A stretch of DNA of 35,015 nt, taken from assembly GCA_964631555.1 (NCBI GenBank), contig CAZVYR010000004.1, positions 1 to 35,015 on the forward strand. The letters are read 5' to 3'. Source of the stretch: an uncultured Leptospirales bacterium. GTDB taxonomy: Bacteria; Spirochaetota; UBA4802; JAFGDQ01. Each line of letters starts with the position of its first letter. The first letter of the stretch is position 1. The translations under genes were made by a program, and so were the position numbers. Under the pieces are notes generated by a model. It searched no databases. It was not told where the DNA came from and saw nothing but the letters and a program-made list of their open reading frames with translations. Below are positions 24,845-34,738 of the stretch, one piece after another.

Positions 24845-24966
24845 GACGCAGGAATACGACTTTGAAACGGAGGGGAGCCGACTTTGAGACGACTTTGAAA
24901 CGTAGGGGAATCGGAGAGGAGACGACTTTGAAACGGAGCGGATACGGAGCGGATACGGAGCGGAAG
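24845..24966. repeat. Tandem array of about ten 11-bp units (two unit types), intergenic after trpF
   Basis: Slicing from 24856 gives acgactttgaa|acggaggggag|ccgactttgag|acgactttgaa|acgtaggggaa|tcggagaggag|acgactttgaa|acggagcggat|acggagcggat|acggagcggaa. gactttg recurs at 24858, 24880, 24891 and 24924, with spacings of 22, 11 and 33 bp. Confidence 0.8.
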
Positions 24967-25148
24967 GCTGTTTTATTGAATCAACTTTTTAATAAAGTTA
25001 ATTTATATTTATTGACATGATAAAATATATATACTATCTCTTGAATCAATATTCGGGATATGGGCGGATTGTGGTTTTACCGGAATAATTCATAAAAGTT
25101 ATTTGTACCAGCGCTTACTTGTTTTAAAAGCAATATTAACGGAGATTG

Positions 25149-25520
25149 ATGATGATAGTAATAGAGAGCATAAATCATTTGGGGTTGACAGTCTCAAATC
25201 TTGAAAATTCGATAAACTTTTATAAGGATTTATTTGATTTTGAAGTTATAGACAATAATGCCGGACAGGCTTATATTAAAGAGGGCGAGATTATTATTTG
25301 TCTTCATGAAGAGGAAAATTATAAAAGTCAGGGAGATTCAAAAAACCGTGTAAGTTTTACTGTGGATGAAGATGATTTTGAGGACGCGGTCGATGAGTTA
25401 AACGCCAGGAATATACCGATTGTGTTCGGTCCTGAAAATATAAGGAAAGGCCAGAGCGTTATTTTTCTGGATCCTGACGGGAACCAGATTGAATTATCCT
25501 ACCCGAAATTTAAAGTATGA
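25149..25520 (+). CDS. VOC (glyoxalase/bleomycin resistance/dioxygenase) family protein
   Basis: About 123 aa. INHLGLTVSNLENSINFYKDLFDFEV and DPDGNQIEL are typical VOC beta-alpha-beta-beta-beta module signatures. The start is ATG at 25149 or 25152, just after the TTG at 25146 given in the ORF track. Confidence 0.8.
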   Translation: MMIVIESINHLGLTVSNLENSINFYKDLFDFEVIDNNAGQAYIKEGEIIICLHEEENYKSQGDSKNRVSFTVDEDDFEDAVDELNARNIPIVFGPENIRKGQSVIFLDPDGNQIELSYPKFKV

Positions 25521-26146
25521 ACTTAAGTGAATTATTAAATGAGAATAAAATAATACCGGTAGCGGTTTTCACTAAAGTTGATGATTGTCTTAAAACTGCC
25601 GAATTTTTGTTGAATAATTCCGTTAATGTTCTTGAAATAACACTTCGAACTGAGATTGCTTTTGAATGCATAAAGGAAGCCGGGAGGCGATTCCCGGAAC
25701 TGGTTGTGGGTTCAGGAAGCGTTTTATCAAAGAGCGCTATGGAGCAGGCTGTTGAAGCAGGCGCAAAATTCGGTGTTGCTCCCGGGCTGGATGTGGAATT
25801 ACTGGAGTTTGCGAATTTAAAGAAAATACCTTTTGTACCCGGCATATCTACACCGAGTGAATTGAACCAGGCATTAAAATCAGGCGCGGGGATCATTAAA
25901 ATATTCCCTGCCGAGAATTTAGGCGGACCGGGTTATATAAAAGCAATTACAGCTCCGTTTAAAATGAAGGACTTCCTTCTTATCCCTACGGGCGGGATAA
26001 ATGAGAGTAATTTTTCCGATTATCTGAAGGTGGACAAGGTAGTCGCATGCGGTGCATCCTATATTGTTGATTCCGGGCTTGTCAGTAAGGGAGATTTTAA
26101 TGAATTGAGCCTGAGGATAAAACGAACAAAGGAATGTCTTTCATAA
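25517..26146 (+). CDS. eda: 2-keto-3-deoxy-6-phosphogluconate / 4-hydroxy-2-oxoglutarate aldolase
   Basis: 209 aa. It has the VNVLEITLRTE motif and the Schiff-base lysine context GAGIIKIFPAENLGG, plus PTGGI. ATGA overlap with the VOC gene. Confidence 0.85.
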   Translation: MNLSELLNENKIIPVAVFTKVDDCLKTAEFLLNNSVNVLEITLRTEIAFECIKEAGRRFPELVVGSGSVLSKSAMEQAVEAGAKFGVAPGLDVELLEFANLKKIPFVPGISTPSELNQALKSGAGIIKIFPAENLGGPGYIKAITAPFKMKDFLLIPTGGINESNFSDYLKVDKVVACGASYIVDSGLVSKGDFNELSLRIKRTKECLS

Positions 26147-26362
26147 TAATATTCATTCTGCTTTTTCAACCCGGCAAAATGAAAAGTCCTTGACACTCCC
26201 GTTATTCGCAAGAAGATAAAGATATGTATCTTTAAGATAGAGAGATCAGGGCGGACTTTCCCTTCGTAAAATGAGAAAATAAAGTAAATTCCTTTTATTT
26301 CTCGAAATAACCAAATAATGATTCATCGATGATTTTTTTAAATTAAAATAAATATTAAGAGT

Positions 26363-27127
26363 ATGCTGTATTTAAGTCTTATCCTTATTATTTCCGGTAT
26401 ATTTTTTATTTTGTATACTTTGATCAGCAGAACCAGAAAAGAACCGGCAGTCCAGGTGTCGGAATTTTCAAGGGGTACTGGGGGGAGAGTTATGCCCGGC
26501 CCTCATTCTTTGCGCAGCGTTGAAGAAAGACCTGCTGAATGGGACAACGCTGTGGCTTCTGATCTGGACCTGAATTACGGCCTTAAAGAAGAAGATGTTG
26601 TTGCCGAAGATGAGATAATTTTTACTGATTATAGTGAAATTAACAGGGCAAAATTTTTCCCTGATACGGGGGCAGCGAAAGAAGAAAAACCGGACATGGC
26701 ATTTGTCGATATTGACAGGGATGTCGATACATATGTCGATACAATAGTAAGGAAAGATGAAGATGCGCTTGCTGATGATAGTATTCCCGGAATATCATGG
26801 GGAGCGCTTTATGAGGATTCTTCAAACCTGATTGATTATAATATGCATGATAGTATTATTGATTCAACTCTTAAAGGGTATGAAAAGATTAAGAGACTGG
26901 GTGAGGGCACTATCGAGATTCTGGAGAATGGTATTAATTTTAAAACTGGCAACAGGTTTTTCAGGTTCGATTTCCACAGGATGGCTGATTTTAAGAAGGG
27001 AAGTAATTTTTTAATGTTATCGATGAAAGGAAGTAATGTATCCAGGCTCTTTTTATTTAAAGAAGGCAGCCCGGTGAATGCAAAGTTTGACCAGGTGTAC
27101 AAGCATTTTAAAGTACACGCAGATTAG
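26363..27127 (+). CDS. Hypothetical membrane-anchored protein (N-terminal TM, acidic linker, C-terminal globular domain)
   Basis: 254 aa. TM helix LYLSLILIISGIFFILYTLI, then a D/E-rich middle region, then a C-terminal ~90 aa beta-rich segment. I recognise no family. Confidence 0.5.
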   Translation: MLYLSLILIISGIFFILYTLISRTRKEPAVQVSEFSRGTGGRVMPGPHSLRSVEERPAEWDNAVASDLDLNYGLKEEDVVAEDEIIFTDYSEINRAKFFPDTGAAKEEKPDMAFVDIDRDVDTYVDTIVRKDEDALADDSIPGISWGALYEDSSNLIDYNMHDSIIDSTLKGYEKIKRLGEGTIEILENGINFKTGNRFFRFDFHRMADFKKGSNFLMLSMKGSNVSRLFLFKEGSPVNAKFDQVYKHFKVHAD

Positions 27128-27128
27128 T

Positions 27129-28130
27129 ATGTATTATAGCTATAAGTCTAAAAGAAAAAGAAAAAAAATATTCAGGTTTTTGCTGATAATATTGGCAATA
27201 GCAGGGCTGTATTATCTGGGTTCGAAATATAAAAATTATATTTTTTTCTGGAAATATAATTATAATAAAATTTATTCCAAATTAGAAAAAATCTCCGGTA
27301 TTGATAATTATAAAACAAAAATTGTTGAATTACAGGAGATAAGCAGGATTTGCGATGATTATAATACAAAGAACCAGGTATCAGCCGAATCCTTTTTACT
27401 GGCCGGGAAGGTACATTATCAAATTGCTGAGCTTAACCTGAATAAGACTTTTTCGGAAATAATTATAAATGGTTACCAGGACTTTGTTAATGATGATAAA
27501 ATTATATCTGAATTTTTAAAAGCGGTCAGAAATATCAGAAAGGGGATTGCCCTGTCAGGCTATGATGATTTAACTCCCGAGTATCGTTTGATTCTCGCCA
27601 AGTCTTATTTTTATACGGGGTATTATAATACTGATGTTATTTTTTCATTAACCAAAGATAATAATTTAAAAGAAATTTCAAATACAGACGATATTAGATT
27701 TTTGTCCCTGATAAATATTTATAATAACAATAAGGATTATGGCCTTGAGATTCTGAAAAAATACGGTATGGTAACTGATAATATCAGGGGTAAGTTCTTC
27801 CTGGCATGTGCCTATAACCTGGCAGGCAAATATACTGATTCTATTATGTGCTTTAAGGATATTCTTGGTTCCTCCCGGGATGCAAAATTAATTAAATTGG
27901 CTAATATTAACCTGGGCAGGATTTATTTCAATCAGTCTCTTTTCAAGGAATCATTGTATCATTTTACAAGTGCCCTTAAGGAAGACGGAAAAGATAATTT
28001 ATTGAAAATATGGATAGGGAAAAATTATTCCGCTTTAGGAGAAAAAACAAAAGCCAGGGCGATCTGGACCGAGGTTTTGGCTAATGATAATACCAACAAA
28101 GAAGCTAAAAAGCTTTTAGGTTTGATGTAA
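27129..28130 (+). CDS. TPR-repeat protein with N-terminal membrane anchor
   Basis: I prefer the start MYYSYKSKRKRKKIFRFLLIILAIAGLYYLG at 27129, directly after the upstream stop, over the overlapping 27078 start in the ORF track. The C-terminal half carries TPR-like repeats (ACAYNLAGKYTDSIMCFKDIL; LGRIYFNQSLFKESLYHFTSAL; IGKNYSALGEKTKARAIWTEVL). Confidence 0.65.
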   Translation: MYYSYKSKRKRKKIFRFLLIILAIAGLYYLGSKYKNYIFFWKYNYNKIYSKLEKISGIDNYKTKIVELQEISRICDDYNTKNQVSAESFLLAGKVHYQIAELNLNKTFSEIIINGYQDFVNDDKIISEFLKAVRNIRKGIALSGYDDLTPEYRLILAKSYFYTGYYNTDVIFSLTKDNNLKEISNTDDIRFLSLINIYNNNKDYGLEILKKYGMVTDNIRGKFFLACAYNLAGKYTDSIMCFKDILGSSRDAKLIKLANINLGRIYFNQSLFKESLYHFTSALKEDGKDNLLKIWIGKNYSALGEKTKARAIWTEVLANDNTNKEAKKLLGLM

Positions 28131-28513
28131 AATAACGGTTTTTGTTTGATTTTCCATATAATTATTAAATTTATTTTAATTCATTAAATAATTGTTGTAA
28201 TTCATGGGTATATAATAATCATTTCACTTTCTAGCAGCACTGATAATCCGGTTTCATAGAGTCCTGCTAAATATTTTTAAAGATTTACACAAAGGAAATT
28301 CGATTATATTTTCTGATTTCTTTAATAAGGGATTTCCATTATTTTAATGGGGCTCCTTAATAATTATTTATTATAATTTATTCCCTAATGGGTTTTGGTA
28401 ATAATAATGAGACAGATTTTCCTGAGAAATATGTTTTACTTGATATACCGGGAAGACCTGATTTCAGGAAACACCCATAATATTAGATCAAGAAGTGAGT
28501 GTGATAAAACAAT

Positions 28514-29539
28514 ATGATATTTGATTCGATTTACAGTTTGTTTTCAAATGATATGGGTATTGATCTGGGTACGGCAAATACACTGGTACATGTAAAAGGT
28601 CAGGGTATCGTTTTAAGCGAACCTTCCGTAGTCGCTGTCCAGACAAGTACCTCAAAGGTGCTTGCTGTGGGTCAGGAAGCCAAGAGAATGCTCGGAAGGA
28701 CACCAGGTGATATTGTGGCAATCAGGCCGATGAAAGACGGGGTTATTGCTGATTTCGAAACCGTTGAAAAAATGATCAGGTATTTTATTGCCAAAGTCCA
28801 TAAAAGACGTGCTCTCGTGCGCCCCAGGGTTGTAATAGGGGTTCCATCAGGTATTACTGAAGTTGAAAAAAGGGCTGTTCGCGAATCATGTGAACAGGCG
28901 GGCGCAAGGGAAATTTTTCTGATCGAAGAAGCTCTTGCTGCGGCGATCGGAGCGAATATTCCGATACATGAGCCTGCCGGCCATATGGTTGTCGATATCG
29001 GAGGCGGCACAACAGAAATAGCTGTCATATCCCTTGGCGGTATGGTTATTGCCGATTCCATAAGAGTTGCTGGTGATGAATTTGATGAAGCTATTATTAA
29101 ATATATGAGAACTCAGTATAACCTGATAGTCGGGGAGCGGATGGCTGAAGAAGTAAAGATCAGGCTCGGTAACGCGTATCCTGAAAAGAAAATGGACAAG
29201 ATGGAGCTTAAAGGCAGGGACGCTATTTCAGGTCTGCCAAGAACTCTTGAGATAGATTCCGCTGAAGTCAGAAAGGCAATCAAGGAGCCGGCTGACCAGA
29301 TACTGGATGCGATTAAACACGCTCTTGAAAAGACACCTCCGGAATTAGCGGCAGATATTGTGGAGAGAGGTATTGTTATGACAGGCGGAGGTTCTCTGCT
29401 AAAAGGGCTTGATAAGTTTATCAGTAAAGAGACAGGAGTCCCTGTAATAAGAGCGGAAAATCCGCTGACATGCGTGGTAATGGGAACCGGGAAATTTCTT
29501 GAAGAAATAAAGAATCTATACAGGTCTCATCTAAAATAG
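28514..29539 (+). CDS. mreB: Rod shape-determining actin homologue MreB
   Basis: Near-colinear with E. coli MreB as I remember it: [73 protein letters not shown] and [10 protein letters not shown]. Confidence 0.97.
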   Translation: MIFDSIYSLFSNDMGIDLGTANTLVHVKGQGIVLSEPSVVAVQTSTSKVLAVGQEAKRMLGRTPGDIVAIRPMKDGVIADFETVEKMIRYFIAKVHKRRALVRPRVVIGVPSGITEVEKRAVRESCEQAGAREIFLIEEALAAAIGANIPIHEPAGHMVVDIGGGTTEIAVISLGGMVIADSIRVAGDEFDEAIIKYMRTQYNLIVGERMAEEVKIRLGNAYPEKKMDKMELKGRDAISGLPRTLEIDSAEVRKAIKEPADQILDAIKHALEKTPPELAADIVERGIVMTGGGSLLKGLDKFISKETGVPVIRAENPLTCVVMGTGKFLEEIKNLYRSHLK

Positions 29540-29698
29540 AAGAAGTGAAGATAATTGCCTGGTTAGAAAGTGAAAAGTGAGCGGCGAAAAACTGCATCTT
29601 TTACCTGTGTGTAACAGGGAAGGGACGAACTGCAGACTCACTGATTACTGTATTTAAGGTTCATTTTAAAAATATACTAAATTTGGTCAATGTAACTT

Positions 29699-30568
29699 TT
29701 GGATTTTATCATACGACATAAGACTATCCTTGCGTTTGTAGTATTTACGCTTTTCTGTATTGTTTCCCTGTCTGTTCAATCTTCAGCATTTACAACATCG
29801 ATTGAAGGGGTTGGCAGTTTGTTTGTTATGCCGTTTCAGAAAGGTTACCACAAGATACAGGATGAAATACATAAACTATGGGCCGGTTTTACAGAGTTGA
29901 GTGATATCAGGGAAGAGCTTAAGAAGACGAGAACCAAATTGCGACATTATGAGGAAATTACGGAAGAATTAACGGAAATAAAAAGGGAGAATCAAAGACT
30001 ACGCAGTTTATTAAATATAAAAGAGAAAATATCCTATGAGTTTCTTCCCGCGACTATAATCTCCAAGGACCCGGATAACTGGTTCAGAACAATTATAATA
30101 AACAGAGGCAGTAATGACGGAATAAAAGTAAATATGCCCGTCATTTCTTTCAGCGGGGATGAAAAAGCCGTATTTGGAAAGATAATTGAAGTAAGGGGAA
30201 GTGTTTCCAGAATTCAACCTATTATTTCAACAGACATAAATATCGGAGTTATGCTGCAGGAAAGCAGGTTCCCGGGGCTCCTTTCCGGGTATGCTTCAAA
30301 TACCAATCTTTGTGTTATGGATTACTTGAATAAGTCGGTATCGGTGAATTTCGGCGATATGGTAATCAGCTCCGGGCAGGGAGGTATTTTCCCACAGGGG
30401 CTTCTGGTAGGTAAAGTTGTAAAATCAATCGTACTTGAATCCAGCAGCTTCCAGAGAGTTCTTGTTAAACCGATCATAGATTATTCACAGATCGAGGAAG
30501 TATTCGTAATCAAGAAGGAACCTGATCCTGAATTATTAGAGTTATTGAACGACGAGGATCATGATTAG
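29699..30568 (+). CDS. mreC: Rod shape-determining protein MreC
   Basis: 289 aa. N-terminal TM, a coiled-coil region ([32 protein letters not shown]) and C-terminal beta-barrel domains with GLLVGKVV. Located between mreB and mreD. TTG start. Confidence 0.85.
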   Translation: MDFIIRHKTILAFVVFTLFCIVSLSVQSSAFTTSIEGVGSLFVMPFQKGYHKIQDEIHKLWAGFTELSDIREELKKTRTKLRHYEEITEELTEIKRENQRLRSLLNIKEKISYEFLPATIISKDPDNWFRTIIINRGSNDGIKVNMPVISFSGDEKAVFGKIIEVRGSVSRIQPIISTDINIGVMLQESRFPGLLSGYASNTNLCVMDYLNKSVSVNFGDMVISSGQGGIFPQGLLVGKVVKSIVLESSSFQRVLVKPIIDYSQIEEVFVIKKEPDPELLELLNDEDHD

Positions 30569-31064
30569 TACATATATATTTTCAGGTGCCCTTATAATTA
30601 TTTCGTTGATCATTCAGGGGCATTCCTCTTTTGATGTTTTGAGAATAGCAGGAGTAAAACCTGATCTTACGTTTATTGCTGTAGTCTATTTCTCTTATAG
30701 TTTCGGATCATTCTATGGGGAAGTAACAGGCTTTATCAGCGGGTTGCTCCATGACGCTATTTCGAATTCACCCCTGGGATTACTCGCATTCCCTAAAATG
30801 GCACTCGGATTTTTCGTAGGCATGTTTGGGAGAACTATTCTGAAGAGCAATGTATTGACTATTTTTCTTATGGTTTTTATAGCTTCAATAATTAAAGGTA
30901 TTTTAACATTGATTCTTTCCTATCTCTTCAATGAAGGTGCAATTTCCACGGTAGTTAGTATTATCTTTCCGGAATCGTTTTATAATGCCTTACTCGCCCC
31001 ACTCCTTTTTATTTTATACGATAAATTATTTGCCGACGCTCTGTCTGCGGAGGGGACTTCATAG
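30561..31064 (+). CDS. mreD: Rod shape-determining protein MreD
   Basis: 167 aa polytopic membrane protein. It overlaps mreC by 8 nt and abuts the PBP2 gene, which is the canonical operon position. Confidence 0.8.
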   Translation: MISTYIFSGALIIISLIIQGHSSFDVLRIAGVKPDLTFIAVVYFSYSFGSFYGEVTGFISGLLHDAISNSPLGLLAFPKMALGFFVGMFGRTILKSNVLTIFLMVFIASIIKGILTLILSYLFNEGAISTVVSIIFPESFYNALLAPLLFILYDKLFADALSAEGTS

Positions 31065-32891
31065 ATGGCTCAATCAACTATTAGGTTGAGAATGTTTGAG
31101 GTTTTCAGATTCAGAATGTTCTCTTTCCTGGTCCTTGTTTTTGCTTTGTTCTTTATTTTAATAGTTCAACTGATAAATATTCAGTTAATACAGGGTGAAG
31201 AATACAGAAGTAAATCCAGGATGAACATGGAGAATAATGTGCCCATCCCTGCTCCCAGGGGTGAAATATATGACAGGAATTTTCAGCTTGGTCATGAAAA
31301 TATTGTCATTGTTTCCAACAGGCCGTCATTTAATATCTCTACAATACCCGCAAGATTTGAATCGGCAAAGCATCTTGAAAGAACGCTTAAAAGGCTTTCG
31401 CATATTCTAAATATTGATTATAATGATGTTTTACGAAATATTAAACAACAGAATCCATGGGAGAGATTTGTAATTAAGGAAGATGTCGAGTTTAAGTTAA
31501 TTGTTAAAATAGCATCTCATAAGGATATTTTCCCGAATATTGACTGGGAGGATGAACCTGTAAGGGTTTATAATTTAGGAAAGATATTTTTTCACCCTGT
31601 GGGATATGTGGGCAGTATCAGCAAAGAGGAATATATTAAATACAGAAAAAAAGGATACAAGTATTATCAGAAAATAGGAAAGGCCGGTATAGAAAGCCAG
31701 TATGATATAATTCTCAGAGGTGTTGATGGATTTATAAGAAGGATTGTGGATGTAAGAAACAGGGTTGAGGGCGAAGAGATAGGACTGAATCCGATAGCAG
31801 GCAATAACCTGATATTAACAATTGATTCGGAAGTTCAGGCAGCGGCAAGTGAGGCAATGGAGGGGCTTAAGGGAGCTGTAGTTGTGATAAAACCTTCGTC
31901 AGGTGAAATACTTGCAGTTTTGAGTAAACCTGATATTGATCCTAATTTGTTAGTATCCAGGGAAAATGATAAAATAATTAAAGAATTACAGAATGATAAG
32001 GATAAACCTTTCCTTAACAGGGCTATTCAATCACGCTATCCCCCGGCTTCGACATTTAAGCTTGTTACTTCTATTGCCGCTCTTGAGGAAGATAAGTGGA
32101 AACCGGGCTGGACATACTATTGCACCGGGAAATATACTCTTAAAGGTTTTGTTGACAAGGATTTTTACTGTTACAAGATGCATGGGCTGCTTGATTTGCA
32201 AGGAGCTATTGCCGAATCGTGCAGTGTGTACTTCTATCAGCTTGGGTATAAAATAGGCCCTTCGATAATTCTTAAATATGCTGATTATATGGGATTAGGT
32301 GATACTACCGGAATCGATATTCCGGGTGAGATAAAAGGATTTATTCCTTCGAAAGAATGGAAATTGAAAACCTTCGGCCAGCAGTGGTATGACGGGGATA
32401 CGATCAATCTTTCCATTGGCCAGGGATTTATAAGTGTTACGGCTGTGGGGATGGCTAATTTTATTTCCGGTATAATAAATAACGGAGTTATCAATAAACC
32501 TCATATTGTAAAGGAGATTCGCTCCCCGGATAACAGTAAGGTGATTAAGAGAATCATGCCCGAAAAGATCAGGGAGATCCCGTTATCTGAAACGACGATC
32601 AATACGATCAAATCAGGGATGCGGCTTGCGGTGAAGAGCGGAACAGCAAGGCGTTTGAGTTATTTAAAAGTACCGGTTGCCGGTAAGACAGGGACTGCCC
32701 AGACTCGCTCGATAAGGAAGGAGGATAAAAGCCAGCATGCATGGTTTCTTACTTATGCACCGTATAATGGTGATCCTGATAAGATAGTTGCAATTGTTGT
32801 GCTTGTTGAGTATGGTGTTGCAGGTGCAGTAAGCGCGGTTCCTGTAGCTGAGCGAATATACTTGAAATTACTTCAATTAGGATATTTTTAA
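31065..32891 (+). CDS. mrdA: Penicillin-binding protein 2 (elongasome transpeptidase)
   Basis: 608 aa. N-terminal TM, PRGEIYDRN motif, active-site S-x-x-K (ASTFK) and KTGT (AGKTGTAQ). Located between mreD and rodA. Confidence 0.92.
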   Translation: MAQSTIRLRMFEVFRFRMFSFLVLVFALFFILIVQLINIQLIQGEEYRSKSRMNMENNVPIPAPRGEIYDRNFQLGHENIVIVSNRPSFNISTIPARFESAKHLERTLKRLSHILNIDYNDVLRNIKQQNPWERFVIKEDVEFKLIVKIASHKDIFPNIDWEDEPVRVYNLGKIFFHPVGYVGSISKEEYIKYRKKGYKYYQKIGKAGIESQYDIILRGVDGFIRRIVDVRNRVEGEEIGLNPIAGNNLILTIDSEVQAAASEAMEGLKGAVVVIKPSSGEILAVLSKPDIDPNLLVSRENDKIIKELQNDKDKPFLNRAIQSRYPPASTFKLVTSIAALEEDKWKPGWTYYCTGKYTLKGFVDKDFYCYKMHGLLDLQGAIAESCSVYFYQLGYKIGPSIILKYADYMGLGDTTGIDIPGEIKGFIPSKEWKLKTFGQQWYDGDTINLSIGQGFISVTAVGMANFISGIINNGVINKPHIVKEIRSPDNSKVIKRIMPEKIREIPLSETTINTIKSGMRLAVKSGTARRLSYLKVPVAGKTGTAQTRSIRKEDKSQHAWFLTYAPYNGDPDKIVAIVVLVEYGVAGAVSAVPVAERIYLKLLQLGYF

Positions 32892-34208
32892 ATGTTCCGG
32901 AAAGATGAGATATACAGAATCGATTATGTATTGGTATTTACGGTTATTTTGCTTGTCTTATTCGGGATTTTAATGATTTATAGTGCCGGCTTTGATACAA
33001 TCGAGAAAGTTAATAAGGGATTGTATAAAAAACAACTTCTATGGTTTATATTTGGATTTGTTTTGATGATAGCTGTGACATTTATAAATTACAAAATTCT
33101 CGGTGAATATTCATTGCATATTTATATAGGGTTACTTCTGATACTCTTATTTACAGCTATATTCGGAACACCGGTAAGGAATACAAGGGCATGGCTGGAT
33201 TTAGGTGTTTTTTCCTTCCAGCCGTCGGAGTTCATGAAGCTTGGATTGATTTTGATATTAGCCAAGTATCTTGAGTTAAGAGAAAGAGATATTAAAAATT
33301 TCAGGGAACTCCTTGTCCCGACTGTATTGACTTTGTTCCCGGTATTGATTATTCTGAAGCAGCCTGATTTCGGTACCGCTATGATCTTTATTCCAATATT
33401 ATTTACATTGCTTTTTGTAGGCGGAGCGGATGTTTCGCATCTTTTATCGATTATAACTATAGCTGTAATTGCTCTTGTGGTTCCAATGATTTTGACCTAT
33501 AGAGAATGGGTAGGAGAAGAAGGGTCCAATTTTATTTTGGATTTTTTTAAAGATATAAATTTATTATTCATAGTATCCGGAATACTGTTGCTGATTGCGG
33601 TTACTTCATTTGTATTGCATTTTTTCTTTATCAAAAAGTATTACAGGAGAATATACATTCCTGCGACTGTTTTATCGTTAGGAGTGTTTTTTTCCGTTAT
33701 TATCCAGTATTTTCTTAAGGATTATCAGAAGAAACGAATACTTGTTTTTTTAAATCCGAATCTTGATCCCCATGGCTCCGGGTATAATATTATTCAATCA
33801 AAGATTGCGGTAGGTTCCGGGGGATTTCTGGGGAAGGGATTTCTGAACGGCAGCCAGGCTCAGCTTGGGTTTTTACCGGAGAAAACATCTGACTTTATAT
33901 TTTCCGTTGTGGCTGAGGAATGGGGCTTCCTGGGATCAATAATTATTATTATTCTGCTTTCTGTAATAGTATTCAGGGGTATCCAGATCGCGCTGGGTTC
34001 CAAGGACAAGTTCGGTGCTCTCCTTGCAAGCGGGATTACTTCGATTTTCTTCTATCATATCTTTATCAATATCGGGATGGCATTGGGTATTATGCCTGTA
34101 ACAGGATTGCCGCTTTGTTTCGTTTCCTATGGCGGATCAAATTTGCTTATGTCAATGATCTCAATTGGGATTCTAATAAATATAAGAATGAGGAAATTTG
34201 TACATTGA
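32892..34208 (+). CDS. rodA: SEDS-family peptidoglycan polymerase RodA
   Basis: 438 aa. Conserved segments QPSEFMKL, LKQPDFGTA, GSGYNIIQSKIAVGSGGFLGKGF, LPEKTSDFIFSVVAEEWGF and PLCFVSYGGSN. It starts 1 nt after the mrdA stop. Confidence 0.92.
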   Translation: MFRKDEIYRIDYVLVFTVILLVLFGILMIYSAGFDTIEKVNKGLYKKQLLWFIFGFVLMIAVTFINYKILGEYSLHIYIGLLLILLFTAIFGTPVRNTRAWLDLGVFSFQPSEFMKLGLILILAKYLELRERDIKNFRELLVPTVLTLFPVLIILKQPDFGTAMIFIPILFTLLFVGGADVSHLLSIITIAVIALVVPMILTYREWVGEEGSNFILDFFKDINLLFIVSGILLLIAVTSFVLHFFFIKKYYRRIYIPATVLSLGVFFSVIIQYFLKDYQKKRILVFLNPNLDPHGSGYNIIQSKIAVGSGGFLGKGFLNGSQAQLGFLPEKTSDFIFSVVAEEWGFLGSIIIIILLSVIVFRGIQIALGSKDKFGALLASGITSIFFYHIFINIGMALGIMPVTGLPLCFVSYGGSNLLMSMISIGILINIRMRKFVH

Positions 34209-34262
34209 ATAGTTGAGCTCGCGCTTACTGATTTAATAATCTAAAAGCTCTGCCCGATTATA

Positions 34263-34709
34263 ATGATTCTATCAATAATACTCCTTTCAATTGCTGTCAG
34301 TATATTTATACTTATACAGTATGTTTATACTAAGAACTATAAATACCGCAGGAGATTTATCGGCTCTTTTTTTATTACGTTTTCCATAATGTGTATTATT
34401 GGCCTTATTTTATTAATCAGGCCGCATATTAATAAAGCCGTGGATTTTTATCTTCTGTTCTGGATTATTACCGGTTATATTATGCTGGTAACATTAGGGA
34501 TACAGATCCTGATTTTTTCCAGGGTATATTCGAGATATCAGGATCCTGAGAATTATCATTATAATTACTTCGGAAGAAAGGTAATGCATACGCATTCTCT
34601 GTCAAACGGTGAGTTGAAGGCATTTCTTTTAACAATGCCTGTTTTTCTGTTTTCCGGATCCTATTTTGTGGCTAAATTAATAAGCATGTTTTTATATGAT
34701 GATGTTTAA
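34263..34709 (+). CDS. Hypothetical membrane protein (about 4 TM)
   Basis: 148 aa with four hydrophobic segments. I see no recognisable family and no clear RBS. Confidence 0.45.
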   Translation: MILSIILLSIAVSIFILIQYVYTKNYKYRRRFIGSFFITFSIMCIIGLILLIRPHINKAVDFYLLFWIITGYIMLVTLGIQILIFSRVYSRYQDPENYHYNYFGRKVMHTHSLSNGELKAFLLTMPVFLFSGSYFVAKLISMFLYDDV

Positions 34710-34738
34710 AGTCAATTATCCGATGAGGTGCGCTGTAT

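Noticed and set aside
24845-24966. Possibility that the tandem repeats are a CRISPR array.
   Set aside because: The units are 11 bp with no unique spacers, and there are no cas genes in the window. It is a tandem microsatellite-like array, not CRISPR.
25146-26146. Whether the VOC-eda overlapping pair marks a novel sugar-acid pathway.
   Set aside because: There is no kinase, dehydratase or transporter adjacent, so the evidence is insufficient. I annotated them as ordinary metabolic genes.
27218-27228. T-loop-like gggttcgaaat, which might suggest a tRNA.
   Set aside because: It lies inside the TPR protein ORF, and I could not build an acceptor or anticodon stem around it.
34710-34738. Possible preQ1 riboswitch upstream of queC.
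   Set aside because: The gap is only 29 nt and lacks the conserved preQ1-I core. queC appears to be simply co-transcribed with, or closely following, the upstream gene.
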